Under the pieces are notes generated by a model. That model worked only from the letters and a program-made list of their open reading frames with translations, had not been told where the DNA came from and searched no databases. This document shows, in pieces, positions 40,411 to 54,212 of a DNA stretch of 64,000 nt (positions are counted from its first letter, which is position 1; each line of letters begins with the position of its first letter). Source of the DNA: Octopus vulgaris. Taxonomy: Eukaryota. A program made the translations under genes and the position numbers. The DNA lies in assembly GCA_951406725.2 (NCBI GenBank), contig OX597829.1:12462001-12526000 (forward strand). Direction: 5' to 3'.

Positions 40411-40586
40411 GAAGGCGGCGGGCTGGCAGAATCGTTAGCACGCTGGACCTAATGTTTAGCGGTAATTTGTCTCGGCTTTGCATTTTAGACTTCCGGGGAC
40501 GATAAAACAAGTACAAGTTAAACACTGGGGTCGATGTAATTGACTCAACCCCATCTTCCCCAAGCTGCCCTTCTGGCAAAAGTTGA

Positions 40587-40588
<2 letters not shown>
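40411..40588 (+). mobile_element. SINE family 2, internally deleted
   Basis: gaaggcggcgggctggcagaatcgttagcacg...cactggggtcgatgtaattgact. Confidence 0.85.
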
Positions 40589-40663
<75 letters not shown>

Positions 40664-40795
40664 CAATAATAACAATAATAATAATAACAATAAATGATAA
40701 TAATAATAATAAAATAATAATAATAATAATAATAACAATAATAACAACAATAATAATAATAACAATAATAATAATAACAATAATAATAACAATAT

Positions 40796-41040
40796 AGGCG
40801 CAGGAGTGGCTGTGTGGTAGTAGCTTGCTAACCAACCACACGGTTGCGGGTTCAGTCCATCGTGGCATCTTGGGCAAGTGTCTTCTGCTATAGCCCCGGG
40901 CCGACCAATAATAATAAGCCTGTCGTATATATGTATATATGTATATAGCATGACAACCGATGCTGGTGTGTTTACGTCCCCGTCACTTAGCGTTCGGCAA
41001 AAAGACCGATAGAATAATAATAATAACAAGTAAAAGTAAA
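40796..41040 (+). mobile_element. SINE family 1 with several internal deletions
   Basis: ggcgcaggagtggctgtgtggta...cttgggcaagtgtcttctgctatagccccgggccgacc...gacaaccgatgctggtgtgtttacgtcccc. Confidence 0.85.
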
Positions 41041-41105
41041 ATAATAATAATAATAATAACAATAATAATAATAATAATAACAATAATAATAACAATAACA
41101 ATAAC

Positions 41106-41194
<89 letters not shown>

Positions 41195-41241
41195 TAATAA
41201 TAATAACAATGATGATGATGATGATAATAATAATAATAACA

Positions 41242-41282
<41 letters not shown>

Positions 41283-41310
41283 TATGAGGATGATGATGAT
41301 GATGATGATG

Positions 41311-41358
<48 letters not shown>

Positions 41359-41359
41359 G

Positions 41360-42176
41360 TCAAGTTCATAGGGATGTTGAAGATAAGTCAGGCGGAGAAA
41401 AGGAGAAAGATATGGCTGTGGATGACTTAAAGTGATTTCAAACCGGAAAAGGAGGCTCTAATCTGTGCTGCCCAAGAGCAAGCATTAAGAACTATATAAA
41501 ATACAGAATAGACAACACAGTAGAAAGTGATAAGTGCAGAATCTGTGGACAAAAGTCAGTGAAACCGTATGGCATATTATCAGCCAGTGTACGCCAATAG
41601 CCCAGAAGAGACGCCACAACAATGTAGCCAGGCTTGTCCACTGGACACTTTGCAACAAATATGGACTTGATAGAACAAAAATTTGGTACAAACCCGAAGG
41701 CATCGTCGAAAATAGAAATGCAAAGATCCTATAGTATTTTATGATTCTGTGCGACCATGAGATAGAGAATAAGAAGCCGGACATAATTGAGAAAGAAAAC
41801 AAACTATGCTGGATCATAGATTTATCATGTCCAGATGACAACATGGTATGCGATAAGGAAGAAAGAAAAGTCAACAAGAGATATGACAGGTTAGATTGGG
41901 AAGTTAAGCAGTTGTGGTCAATGAAAAAGGTAGTGGTAGTACCAATAATTGTCGGAGGCCTGGGAGCAGTGAGCAAAAGTCTCGAGAAGTACATGGAACA
42001 AATAGGGTCTGCAATAAGGATGGAACACTTGCAGAAAACATCACTGCTTGAAACGGTTCGAATATTCCGAAGGGTGCTTGAAAAATAAGAGGTGAACAGC
42101 TGACACCATAGGACATCTTAAGAGGTGAACAGCTGACACCATAGGACATCTCCAAAGTTAGAAGGTGCGCAAGGGC
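41360..42176 (+). mobile_element. R4/Dong lineage D 3' fragment (CCHC and RLE)
   Basis: AAQEQA, CRICG..ETVWHIISQC, RRHNNVA..VHW, KKPDII..IIDLSCP..K..RYD; ends caagggc|aataat. Confidence 0.9.
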
Positions 42177-42192
42177 AATAATAATAATAATA

Positions 42193-42659
42193 ATTGTTTT
42201 GTCTTGGTATAAAAGATGGGCTACAGCAAATATTCTGCTCAACACCACAGAATTGCTTGTCAGTTGTTTGACCTTAACCAGTGGCTGACGATATGTGCAT
42301 CTCTGATCACGAGCAGAAGTAGTGGGGGAGCATCATAGCCATGTGTTGAGAGGGATTCTTTGGGGTTTGAATAATTCACCTCTGGAGACATGGGTGGGTT
42401 TTTCAACATCCTTAAACAACCCTTATTCAGGGACCGTTTGAGTGGGATGGGCTACTCAACCTGAAGAAAATTCTAACTGGGCCCCCACCTGCAAGATCTT
42501 GTGCTGTTTATTTTGATATGAGATCACCATGTCACGCACATATGTTTGGGATGCATGTACCTGGTGTACCCTTATCAGACGGGTAGTCATGATGGGTATC
42601 CTGGGCTTCGAATATTTTACCCCAGTGTCACTTTGATGGCATGCACTGCTCTCTCACTC
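42193..42659 (+). mobile_element. (AAT)n-targeted non-coding retroposon, copy 3
   Basis: Matches 62300-62853 from attgttttgtcttgg onward; ends ctctcactc|aataat. Confidence 0.92.
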
Positions 42660-42699
42660 AATAATGATGATGAGAATAATGATGATGATGATGATAATG

Positions 42700-42788
<89 letters not shown>

Positions 42789-42790
<2 letters not shown>

Positions 42791-44184
42791 TCAACACTTT
42801 AGACGTTCCAGTTATAAGTTACAGCTACAATATCCTTAACTGGACACTAAAGGAACTGACCAAAATAGATAGGAAAACAAGAAAAATAATGACAGGATCT
42901 AGGATGCATTACCCAAAATCTGACATAGAAAGGTTATATATACAACGTATAGATGGTGGTAGAGGCCTTATACAGCTGGAAAACTACTATAAAATAACCA
43001 CCATAGGACTGCAAATATAACTACTTCAGAAGGAAGGAAAACTGATACAAATAGTGGCAAAACACGAGCAAAACAAAAAACTGTTCTCAGTATTTAAGGA
43101 AGCTGACAAATACAAACAAGAAATCATACCACCTAACAAATATGAAGAAGAAGAAGAAGAAGAAGAAGAAGAAGAAGAAGAAGAAGAAGAAGAAGAAGAA
43201 GAAGAAGAAGAAGAAGAAGAAGAAGAAGAAGAAGAAGAAGAAGAAGACGAAGAAGAAGAAGAAGAAGAAATAACAAAAACTATAAAACAAATGAAATCCA
43301 AACTAAAAATAGAACAGCAACAATGGCAAGAAAATCCCCTTTATGGCAAATACTGGACTAAACTAAATGCAAAAGAAATAGACAAAGAAAAATCCCAACA
43401 ATGGTTTGAGAAGCTCAGGACTCAAAGCAGAGACAGAAGGATTTTTAATTGCAGCACAAGACCAAAGCCTCCCCACCAGAAATTACCAAAAACATGTAAT
43501 GAAAAGAAATATAACAACTGCAGAATATGTGGAGATAGACAAGAAACAATAAATCATATTATCTCTGGCTGCTCAGTCCTGGCTAAGGAGGAATATATTC
43601 ACAGACACGACAGAGTTGGGACCTATATACACTGGAAACTATGCCAACATTATGGAATAACAACAGAAAAAAGATGGTATAGGCACACCCCAGAAAAGGT
43701 CACAGAAAACGAGAAAGCAACCATACTCTGGGATATGCCAATACACACAGATAGAGAAATTAAGGCCAACAGACCAGATATAGTTGTCAGAGATCATGAA
43801 GAAAAAAATGTTTTCTAATTGATGTATCAATACCAGCAGATGACAACGTGTCTCTAAAAGAAATGGAGAAATTTTCAACATACAAAGACCTGGAAATAGA
43901 GGTAACCAGAATGTGGAATCTAAAAACAGAAACAATTCCTATCATAGTAGGTGCATTAGGCATGATAAAAAAATATTCAGACAAATACATAACAAAAACA
44001 CCAGGACTTAGAAACACATATAATATACAGAAAATTGCACTACTAGGCACTGCATACATCCTACGCAGAACACTTTCCATACAATAACCATCAGAGCATC
44101 ACGACAAATCACAGCACATACCCAAGGCACACAGAGCTGCGCTCGGTAGCGAAGTGAAAGCACGATATAAAAAATATACTACTG
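42789..44184 (+). mobile_element. R4/Dong lineage C, 5'-truncated, with in-frame (GAA)n expansion
   Basis: DGGRGL, CRICGDRQETINHIISGC, HRHD, ANRPDIVV, KYKDL; poly-Glu at 43144-43269. Confidence 0.93.
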
Positions 44185-44190
44185 ATGATG

Positions 44191-44397
<207 letters not shown>

Positions 44398-47300
44398 TCC
44401 TTCTCCGTATTTTATTCTCATTATTTCGAACTAATACAGGCAGAGTGAGCCTTGAAGAAAGGAAGAGGAAAAAAAAATGTTCGGAGATAAAACTATCAAC
44501 AAAAAAAATACAGACGAATATAGATCTGCTAGTCTTAAAAAGCTGCGCTATGAGCAATGCTTACATGTAAAGAACCCTAAACTGACAGATCCATCTCCTA
44601 ATATAAGAATGGATGCTCGTCATGCTTCAAGGTCAACAAATGAAACAATAAACCGCATTGGTCGTTGCGCGGATTACAAAAGACCACGTACCCGAAAATT
44701 GAACCAAAGTCTGATTGAAAAATCAGCTACTGGATCAAATCTTCCCGACACACAGGAACTTGACGTACCCCGCAACTGGAATATTCCAACAGATGGCCGT
44801 CCATGCTCATCACCAAATAATCAAAAGAAAAAGGAGAAATGGTCTAGGGAAGATAATAAAGAAGTTCTTGAGGCCTTCTACCATGCCATATATTTCCCCA
44901 CAGATAAATCTAGCACTGTACAAGCATACTTAAACTGGAGACAGAAACACCCTGAAGTAAGACCCTACATAGACAGTAACAAACTTGCCAACGTCAGAAG
45001 AAACATTATAAAAAAATTACTGACTGAAGTAGAGATTGATCAAGTTAGACAAGCAATATCGGATAAAATGAACGAAGCTGCAGCTAGAGAAGATAATACA
45101 GAGGAAATAATTATAGACCAGCCCAGGGCTGATAAAAACGAAGTGAGGATTGAAAGAGTTAGTATAAGTGATAGGCAAAGTGAAATACTTCCTGAACCAA
45201 TCATAAACACTAAGACAGATGAGCATCAAATAGATAAAGAAAGTCACACAACAGAACTACATGAGCTAAAAAGTCAAATCATGATTGAATGGCTGAAAAT
45301 TAAAGAAACCAGCATGGATGAACGTGATACACTTCCTAAAATCCGCAACTCTAACCAAAACATGAAAATAATTGGGAAAATCCGGCTTGCACTTAAGGAT
45401 ATAATTTCAGCTAATGATGTTGATATCACAAACCTCAACCACCTATACTATGCATCCGCGAAAATCTCAACGATCCTATGTGGTGTAAAGATTAGAAAAC
45501 GGCAACATTCCCACAAAAAGCCTTCTTGGCAAGAGCGTTTGCAACAACAAATTAACATATTTAGATCTGACATTGAATATTTGAAAAACCTTAAGGCTCA
45601 CAAGACTACCAAACCTACAAAAACCCAAAAATTACTGAAAAAATACAATATGAAAACTATACTTGATATTGATTCCACCATAGAAACCATCAAGCAAAAG
45701 GTATCTGCCAAAGCTGCCCGCATAGCGAGGTATGAAAAGCGTGTTAAATTTTTCAAGGACAACAACATGTTAAAAAATAACACCAAGAATTTTTACAGGA
45801 AGATAGGAAAAACAGCGTTTACTGCAAGGTCTGTAGCATGAAAAGAAGAAGTGCAGGGATTTTGGAATAAAATCTGGGCAGAAGAAAAAACACACAACGA
45901 AAAGGCACCCTGGATTGACAGAATATCTACAGAACTGGACCCCTTAAAGAGCAAAAGTGGGAGGGTGTCAAGGTAGAAGATATAAGATCTGCTCTCAGGA
46001 GGTCAAGCAAATGGAAGTCTCCAGGAAAGGATAAAATTCCGAACTTCTGGCTGAATGCCTTCCTAGAGAGCCATGAACTGCTAACAGAACTGTACAATGA
46101 TGTTTTGCAACACCCTAGTAGGATGCCTCCTTGGCTAGTTAATGGGTTAACATTCCTGCTTCCAAAAAGTGAAGAAACAAATGAACCAAAAAACTATAGA
46201 CCCATAACCTGCTTAACAACTATGTACAAAACACTAACATCTGTCCTGACGGAATATACCTATAGTTTTTTAACAGACAGCAGCATATTCCCCAATGAAC
46301 AGAAAGGATGTAAACGTGGATCCTACGGCTGTAAAGACCAACTACTCATCAATAAGATGATCTTAGAAGATTGTCACAAACGACACAAAAACTTATCAAT
46401 AGCCTGGATAGACTATAAAAAGGCTTTTGATAGCCTACCACATAGCTGGATTAGGAAATGCCTGGAAATGTATAAGATAGCACCTACTCTGCGAAACGTC
46501 TTGACCGTAAGTATGAGATCATGGAGAACCACACTAACTCTGAACAGTGACAATGAATCCCTAAATGCTGGTGATGTAAAAATTTCGTGTGGCATTTTCC
46601 AGGGTGACTCACTGTCACAACTCCTCTTTTGTTTATCCTTAATACCTCTCTCAAAGCTGCTCAATGACGCGCAGTACGGGTATAAAATGTTTGATAAAAA
46701 TATAAATCATCTCATTTACATGGATGATTTAAAGCTTTTTGCAAAAAATGACCAACAACTCAAGGGCTTACAAGCGATAGTCAAACAATTCAGTGACTAC
46801 ATCAGAATGCAATTCGGCCTCGATAAATGTGCAAAAGCTACCTTTATCAAAGGAAAAATGACAGAAACATCTAACGTTAACCAGCAGAATGTCATAAAAG
46901 AACTAGACCCAGCGGAGAGCTACAAGTACCTAGGGGTAATTGAAGGGAACGTAATAAGGCATTCAGAGATGAAGGAAAGGATTAGGAGAGAATGCTATCG
47001 AAGAGTTAGGGCAATACTCAAGACAGAGCTGAATGCAAGAAACAGAATCGAAGCGATCAATGCATTAGCCATACAAGTCGTGACTTACAGTTTCAATATT
47101 GTTAACTGGTCAATTACTGAAATATGTCAGCTCGACAGAAAAATAAGGAAACTGTTGACAATGCATAGAATGCACCACCCTAAGGCAGATACAGAACGAC
47201 TCTATCTGCCAAGAAAAGAGGGAGGCCGTGGTCTTTTGCAGCTGGCAATAACAATGAAGATTGCTACAATTGGCCTAGACACCTACCTGAAAAACTCTGA

Positions 47301-48444
47301 GGACTGGATGTTAAAACTTGTCTCAAAACATGAAAACAAGAAAGCATCATACTCAGTCACAAAACAGGCAAAGGAATATCTAAGTGAATTCCGAATACAA
47401 CCAATTTCGGAATTAGAGATAGATATACAAGAAACAAGCACAGAAAAAGCTAGGCGCATGAAAACCCGTGCCAAAACTGCGGCCTTAGATATTCTGAATA
47501 ATAAATGGCAAGAAAAACCTCTCTATGGCAAATACCCAAAGAGAGCGAATAATGCAGATATCGACAAAGCCCTGACCCATCAATGGCTAATGGCCTCTGG
47601 CTTAAAATCTGAAACAGAGGGGTTTATCATAGCAGCTCAAGATCAATGCCTACCAACAAGAAACTACCAGGTCAACATATTAAGGAACGGCAGTAGCCCA
47701 ACATGTCGTGTATGCTGACAACAAAATGAAACCATTGATCACGTTGTCTCCAAATGCAGTCTTCTAGCGCCTACAGAGTACCTCAATAGGCATGATAGAG
47801 CTGCACAATATTCACTGGGTAATGTGCAAAAACCTGGATTTGCCCCATGAAAAAAACTGGTGGAAACACAATCCACCTCCAATGCTTGAAAATGACCATA
47901 TCTCACTCCTCTGGAACTTCACCATTCAAACTGACAGGAAGATAGATGCAAATATGACTGTCCCAATCGATATAAACGTATCAGTCAAGACCTACCAAAA
48001 ACTGAGCAAATATAAAGATTTTGAAATAGAAATCAGCAAAATGTGGAAGCTGAAGACTAAAATAATACCTGTTGTCATAGGTGCCCTGGGAATGATAGCG
48101 AAAGGGACTGATTGCTACATAACTCAGATACCAGGAAACCTCAAAATGGCAGAAATTCAAAAGATAGTGCTCATATCCTACGCAAAATACTCTCTATGTA
48201 ATCCCAAGGTTTAAAACAAACTTTTTTTTTATTATTTTTATTTTATTTTTTATTTTTTATTTTTATTTTTTCATTTATTTATTTTTTTATTATGTATTAG
48301 ACATTCACTAGTACAACACCAAAAAAACCCCCCCAAAAAACCAACAAATATATGGCACAGAACTTCCAACCAGTTGGTCTCTTGAGGTCTGTGGGTGAGA
48401 CTTGGAGCCAACTTGTACAGACATAAAGCAAAAGTCAAACATAG
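44398..48444 (+). mobile_element. R4/Dong lineage B, near full-length (~4 kb), inactivated
   Basis: N-terminal ORF 44477-45841 (KWSREDNKEVLEAFY); RT 46105-47718 (YRPITCL, WIDYKKAFDS, GIFQGDSLS, YMDDLKL); CRVC..HVVSKC; RLE. Contains stops and frameshifts. (AAT)n on both sides. Confidence 0.96.
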
Positions 48445-48470
48445 AATAATAATAATAATAATAATAATAA

Positions 48471-51400
48471 TATAATTGTTACGGCAATGATGGCCGTAAC
48501 AATTGTAACGGCAATGATGGCCGTCTCTCCACGAGTCAATCAAACCTCAAAAATGATAACACTATCGTAGCACCAAAATGTTTTTGGAAACTAAAAAGAA
48601 AACTAAATCAGTATACCAAATCGCTTGTCCTATGGTTAATCTGGAAGTGCGTCCCCCTGGGAAGAGCCAGCCTGGGATCGAAAAGTCATCAACTGGCACA
48701 AACTCTTCTCCGAATACAGACATGGATGGTCACTTGAACGGGAAATTCCCCAACTCGAGCCCTCCAAGTTCACCACCACAGAAAAAAAATGTAAGCGGAA
48801 CAAATGGACCCGAGAAGAGTATAAAGAAGTAATATACGCTTATTACTATGCATTAGGTAGGCCATCTCAAGAGAGACACACCGCAAACTCTTACAGTTTA
48901 TGGAAAACACGGAATCAAGACAGTAGGCCCTATTTGGACGAGAACAAATTGGCAAATGTGAGGAGGGATATCCTTAGAAATAACAGACTCACAGACAGTG
49001 AAATAAGCGCGATCAAGCACGCAACGGAAATGAAATAAATATAAGACACAAAGGAAATGAAGAATCAGATGAACAGTATAGCCTGCCACGAGGCTTAATT
49101 GAAAGACTGCTATCTGACCAAAGTACGCAAAGGCCTGAAGATACAAGAAATTCTATTGAACCTGTTAAAGATAGCCAGGAAAAGATAAAACAACAGTAAC
49201 TGAAGATCTCGCATTTGCTGAAGAACACAGAGAGTCTATGGCAGAAATGAGGCAGAAAATCCTGAATACACTTGAAGTTGTAAGACATACAAGTATGAAT
49301 GATAGTGAACCACTTCATAAACTCTCAAATACAAACCAAAATAAAAAACAAATCCAAATTGGCAACTATGTAACAAATGAAATAATACAAGAATTAAAAC
49401 CTGATTTTACTGAGTTAAATGAAATTATTTACGCTTTTACTAAGGCAATTGAAACCAGCTGTATGCCCCCGAAAAAAGAAAGAAAACCAAACCTGGGAAG
49501 AAATCAAACCCGGAGAAGTAAAATTGAAAAAGAGATTGAATTTATGAGAGGGGAAATATCAATATTAAATGAACTAATATGTGGAAATGATGTAAGATCC
49601 AGAACAGGAAGAAAGATGAAGAGAAAATTTGGATCCTCACCAAGAGAAGAACTGATATCAATAAAAGAAACGCTAAAACAAAAGGTCCAAGCAAAAGCCC
49701 AAAAATACGAAGATTTCAGAAGAGAAACAAGTTTTACAAGCAAAATAAGCTGTTCACATCCAATACCAAAAATTCTACAGAGAAATAGGGAAGGAGAAAG
49801 TAACCGTTAAAGACCCCCCTCGCATGGAAGAAGTTCAAAACTTTTGGAAAAGGATTTGGAGTGACAAGAAGACGTACAACATAAATGCAGACTGGATTAT
49901 ACAAACTGAAGGATCCTACCAAAATTTACAACAAGCATGGGAAGACATCACAATAGCAGACCTAAGAAACGCACTCACGAAGGCCCATAATTGGAAATCC
50001 CCGGTAAAGATAGGGTGCCGAATTTCTGGCACGCATCGCTCCCATGCGCACACGGTAAGCTAGTTCAGCTGCTCAATGGAATTATGAGAGACCCAAAGAA
50101 AACACCCGAATGGTTAGCAAGTGGTATTACTTACCTACTCCCAAAGAATAACGAAACCAACCTTCCAAAAAACTATCGGCCTATAACCTGTCTATCCACC
50201 ACGTATAAAATCCTAACATCTATCCTGGCGGAGAAAACATATACATTCATGAAGAAGAACGATATTTTCCCCATTGAACAACAAGGGTGCCACCGAGGCT
50301 CATATGGATGCAAAGATTAACTGCTAATTAATCGTATGATCCTTGAGAATTGTCACAACAAGCACAGAAATCTCAGCTCCGCATGGATTGACTATAAAAA
50401 GGCCTTCGACAGCATACCGCATCCATGGATCTTCAGATCGATGGACATCTTCAAAATTTCCCCTGTGATTTCAAGCTTCCTGAAGCACAATATGTCGTTG
50501 TGGAATACGAATCTCCTATTATACCACTCTAATGGAGTACTTGCCTCAGAAAATATAAACATCAACTGTGGAATTTTTCAAGGTGACTCACTTTCACCTT
50601 TAATATTCTGCATAGCCCTAATACCCCTTACAAGTGAATTAAACAGAACAGGGTTTTATATGGATGACTTGAAACTCTATGGTAAAGACAATAATGAACT
50701 TGAAGGCCTATTGCGCACTGTGAAAGCATTCAGCGATGACATCGGGATGGAGTTTGGACTTGAGAAGTGTGCCAAGGCCACTTTCCAGAAAGGGAAAGTG
50801 AAGATCACAAATTCAGTCGTGTTAGATGTTGACACAGTCATAAGATAGCTTGAGCAAGAACAAACATACAGATATTTAGGGATAAATGAAGGCTCTGGTA
50901 TTCAGCATGCAAGCATGAAAGAGAAGATCAAGAAGGAATGTTATAGGAGAGTTCGTGCAGTCCTGAAATCTGAACTAAATGCACGTAACAAGGTGTTAGC
51001 TATAAATTCCTTAGCAGTTCCAGTTGTTATTTATAGCTACAATGTGTTGAACTGGAATATGAGTGAAGTAAAGAATATAGATAGGAAAATACGCAAGCTG
51101 CTGAGTTGTAATAGGATGCACCACCCAAAGGCAGACGTAGATCGCCTTTACCTTCCCAGAGCCCAAGGAGGTCGAGGCCTGATCCAATTTGAACTAGCTT
51201 ACAAACAGCCACAATTGGACTGGTCAAATATCTTGAAATAACGAATGACTGGATGCTAAAGCTCGTGGAATATTACGAGAGACGAAAGAAGCTTCATTCT
51301 ATCATAAAGGAAAGCAAAAAATGTGCTATTGACCTCGTGCAGGATACCCAAACTGAACAACCTGAGGGAAGTACGGCAACTATTGTTGCAAAGAAGGTGA

Positions 51401-52378
51401 CAATAATGGCAACGAAAAAAGCGCCCGAGCAATTGGCTGATAGGTGGGAGGAGAAACCTCTGCACGGCAAATATGTGGCCCGCAGCAAACAAGCTGATGT
51501 TGACCAGAAGCGAGCCCATCAGTGGCTACGGAGCTCAGGGCTAAAAGCAGAGAGCGAAGGTTTCATCCTCGCTGCTCAAGATCAAAGCCTATTAACCCGG
51601 AACTACCAAGCCAATGTGATGAAAAATGGAGCAGACCCCAAATGCCGATTCTGCAACGACATGATTGAAACAGTGGACCAACTAATCTCTGGATGTAAAG
51701 TCTTAGCACCAGTGGAGTATAAATTAAAACATGACAGAGTTGGCCAATATCTATACTGGCTAATAAGTCGGCATTACAATATCAAAGCTGCCGACAAGTG
51801 GTATAATCACCACCCTGAAGCTGTAACTGAAGTTGAAAATTTAACGATTCTGTGGGACTTTCCAGTACATACAGACCGAACCATCAAGGCCAATAAACCA
51901 GATATTGTTGTGAAAGACCAAAACTATAAAGTTTGCTTATTGATCGACATGAGCATCCCCTGTGATCATAATATCTCGGAGAAAGAGTTTGACAAGCTCA
52001 GAAAATATAAAGACCTACTCATTGAAATTGAGAAAATGTGGCATCTAGGAGCACTAGGAATGATCAAGAAGGGAACCGAAAATTATATGAGAATGATCCC
52101 TGGCTTACCATCCCTGCAAGAAGTGCAAACGACTGTCTTAACTGGTACATCACACGTATTTAGAAGAGCATTGTCGATGTGAGAACTATTACTATTACTG
52201 TTTATACCCATACCCTGTTCTGTTTAATTCACTTGTTTTAATTTAACTTAAAAAAAAAATGAGCGAACTATTGAGTTTAGTTTAATGGCCTACCAATGTA
52301 TACTATGAGTATCTTTGCCCTAGGAGTCGGGAAGACACCCGGCAAGAAATGGAAGCAAATTTGAAAGAAGAAAAAAAA
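48471..52378 (+). mobile_element. R4/Dong lineage A, near full-length (~3.9 kb), inactivated
   Basis: KWTREEYKEVIYAYY-like N-terminus; WKSPGKD; YRPITCL; WIDYKKAFDS; YMDDLKL; CRFC; KHDRV; ANKPDIVV..LIDMSIP..KYKDL. 3' UTR homologous to 35640-35718. Confidence 0.96.
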
Positions 52379-52380
52379 AT

Positions 52381-52913
52381 GCCCTGATGCAGTACCAGGC
52401 AGTGGCTCTCATGGCTTCTGATCTTAACTGATTGGAAGTGTTATCATGTACATTGTTTTGCCTTGGTATAAAAGATGGGCTACAGCAAATATTCTGCTCA
52501 AAACCACAGATTTGCGTGTCAGTTGTTTGACCGTAACCATTTGAGCGCGACCCTTAGTGGTTGACAATATGTGCATCTCTGATCACGAGCAGAAGTAGTG
52601 CGGGAGCATCATAGCCATGTTCTGAGAGGAATTCTTGGAGGTTTGGATAATTCATATATAGAAACATGGGTGTTTTACTCAACATCCTTAAACAAACCTT
52701 AGTCATGGACCTTTTCAGCGGAATGCGCTACTCAACCAGAAGGAAATTCTAACTGGGCTCCACCTGCAAGGTCATGTACTGTTTATCTTGATATGAGATG
52801 TTGCGCACATCTGCCCGGTGTACCCTTATCAGACAGGTAGTCATGATGGCTATACTAGGCTTCGTATATTTTACCCCAGGATCACTTTGATGGCATGCAC
52901 TGCTCTCTCATTC
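52381..52913 (+). mobile_element. (AAT)n-targeted non-coding retroposon, copy 4 (full-length 5' end)
   Basis: Starts gccctgatgcagtaccaggc directly after the lineage-A 3' end; ends before (AAT)n. Confidence 0.92.
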
Positions 52914-52969
<56 letters not shown>

Positions 52970-52979
52970 CAACAACAAC

Positions 52980-53064
<85 letters not shown>

Positions 53065-53071
<7 letters not shown>

Positions 53072-53532
53072 GATGGGCTACAGCAAATATTCTGCTCAAT
53101 ACCACAGATTTGCTTGTCAGTTGTTTGACCTTAACCAGTTGAGCATGTCCGTTAGTGGCTGACGATATGTGCATCTCTGATCACGAGCAGAATTAGTGGG
53201 GGAGTATCATAGCCATGTATTGAGAAGGATTCTTTGGGGTTTGAATAATTCACTTCTGGAAACATGGGTGTTTCGTTCAACGTCCTTAAACAACCCTTAT
53301 TCAGGGACCTTTTGAGCGGGATGGGTTACTCGATCTGAAGAAAATTCTAACTGGGCTCCACCTGCAAGGTCATGTGCTGTTTATCTTGATATGAGATCAC
53401 CATGTCGCGCACATATGGTTGTGATGCATGTACCTGGTGTACCCTTATCAGACGGGTAGTCATGATGGGTATTCTGGGCTTCGTATATTTTACCCCAGTG
53501 TCACTTTGATGGCATGCTCTGCTCGCTCACTC
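53065..53532 (+). mobile_element. (AAT)n-targeted non-coding retroposon, copy 5 (5'-truncated)
   Basis: Runs from aaagatgggctacagc to cactc|aataat. Confidence 0.92.
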
Positions 53533-53552
53533 AATAATAATAATAATAATAA

Positions 53553-53896
53553 CAATAACGTGTCTTTAAAAGAAATGGAGAAAGTTTCAAAATACAAAGA
53601 CCTGGAAATAGAGGTAACCAGAATGTGGAATCTAAAAACAGAAACAATTCCTATCATAGTAGGTGCATTAGGCATGATAAAAAAATATTCAGACAAATAC
53701 ATAACAAAAACACCAGGACTTACAAACACATATAACATACAGAAAATTGCACTACTAGGCGCTGCACACATCCTACGCAAAACACTTTCCATACAATAAC
53801 CATCAGAGCATCACAACAAATCACAGCACATACCCAAGGCACACAGAGCTGTGCTCGGTAGCGAAGTGAAAGCACGATATAAAAAATATACTACTG
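53553..53896 (+). mobile_element. R4/Dong lineage C 3' fragment
   Basis: VSLKEMEK.SKYKDLEIEVTRMWNL; 3' UTR as in 44090-44184; ends actactg|aataat. Confidence 0.92.
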
Positions 53897-53939
53897 AATA
53901 ATAATAATAACAATAATAGTAGTAGTAATAATAATAATG

Positions 53940-54056
<117 letters not shown>

Positions 54057-54087
54057 CTGATGATGATGACGATGATGATGATAATAA

Positions 54088-54164
<77 letters not shown>

Positions 54165-54212
54165 CTGATGATGATGAAGAAAAAAAATGCATTCTAATTG
54201 AAGAAAATAATA

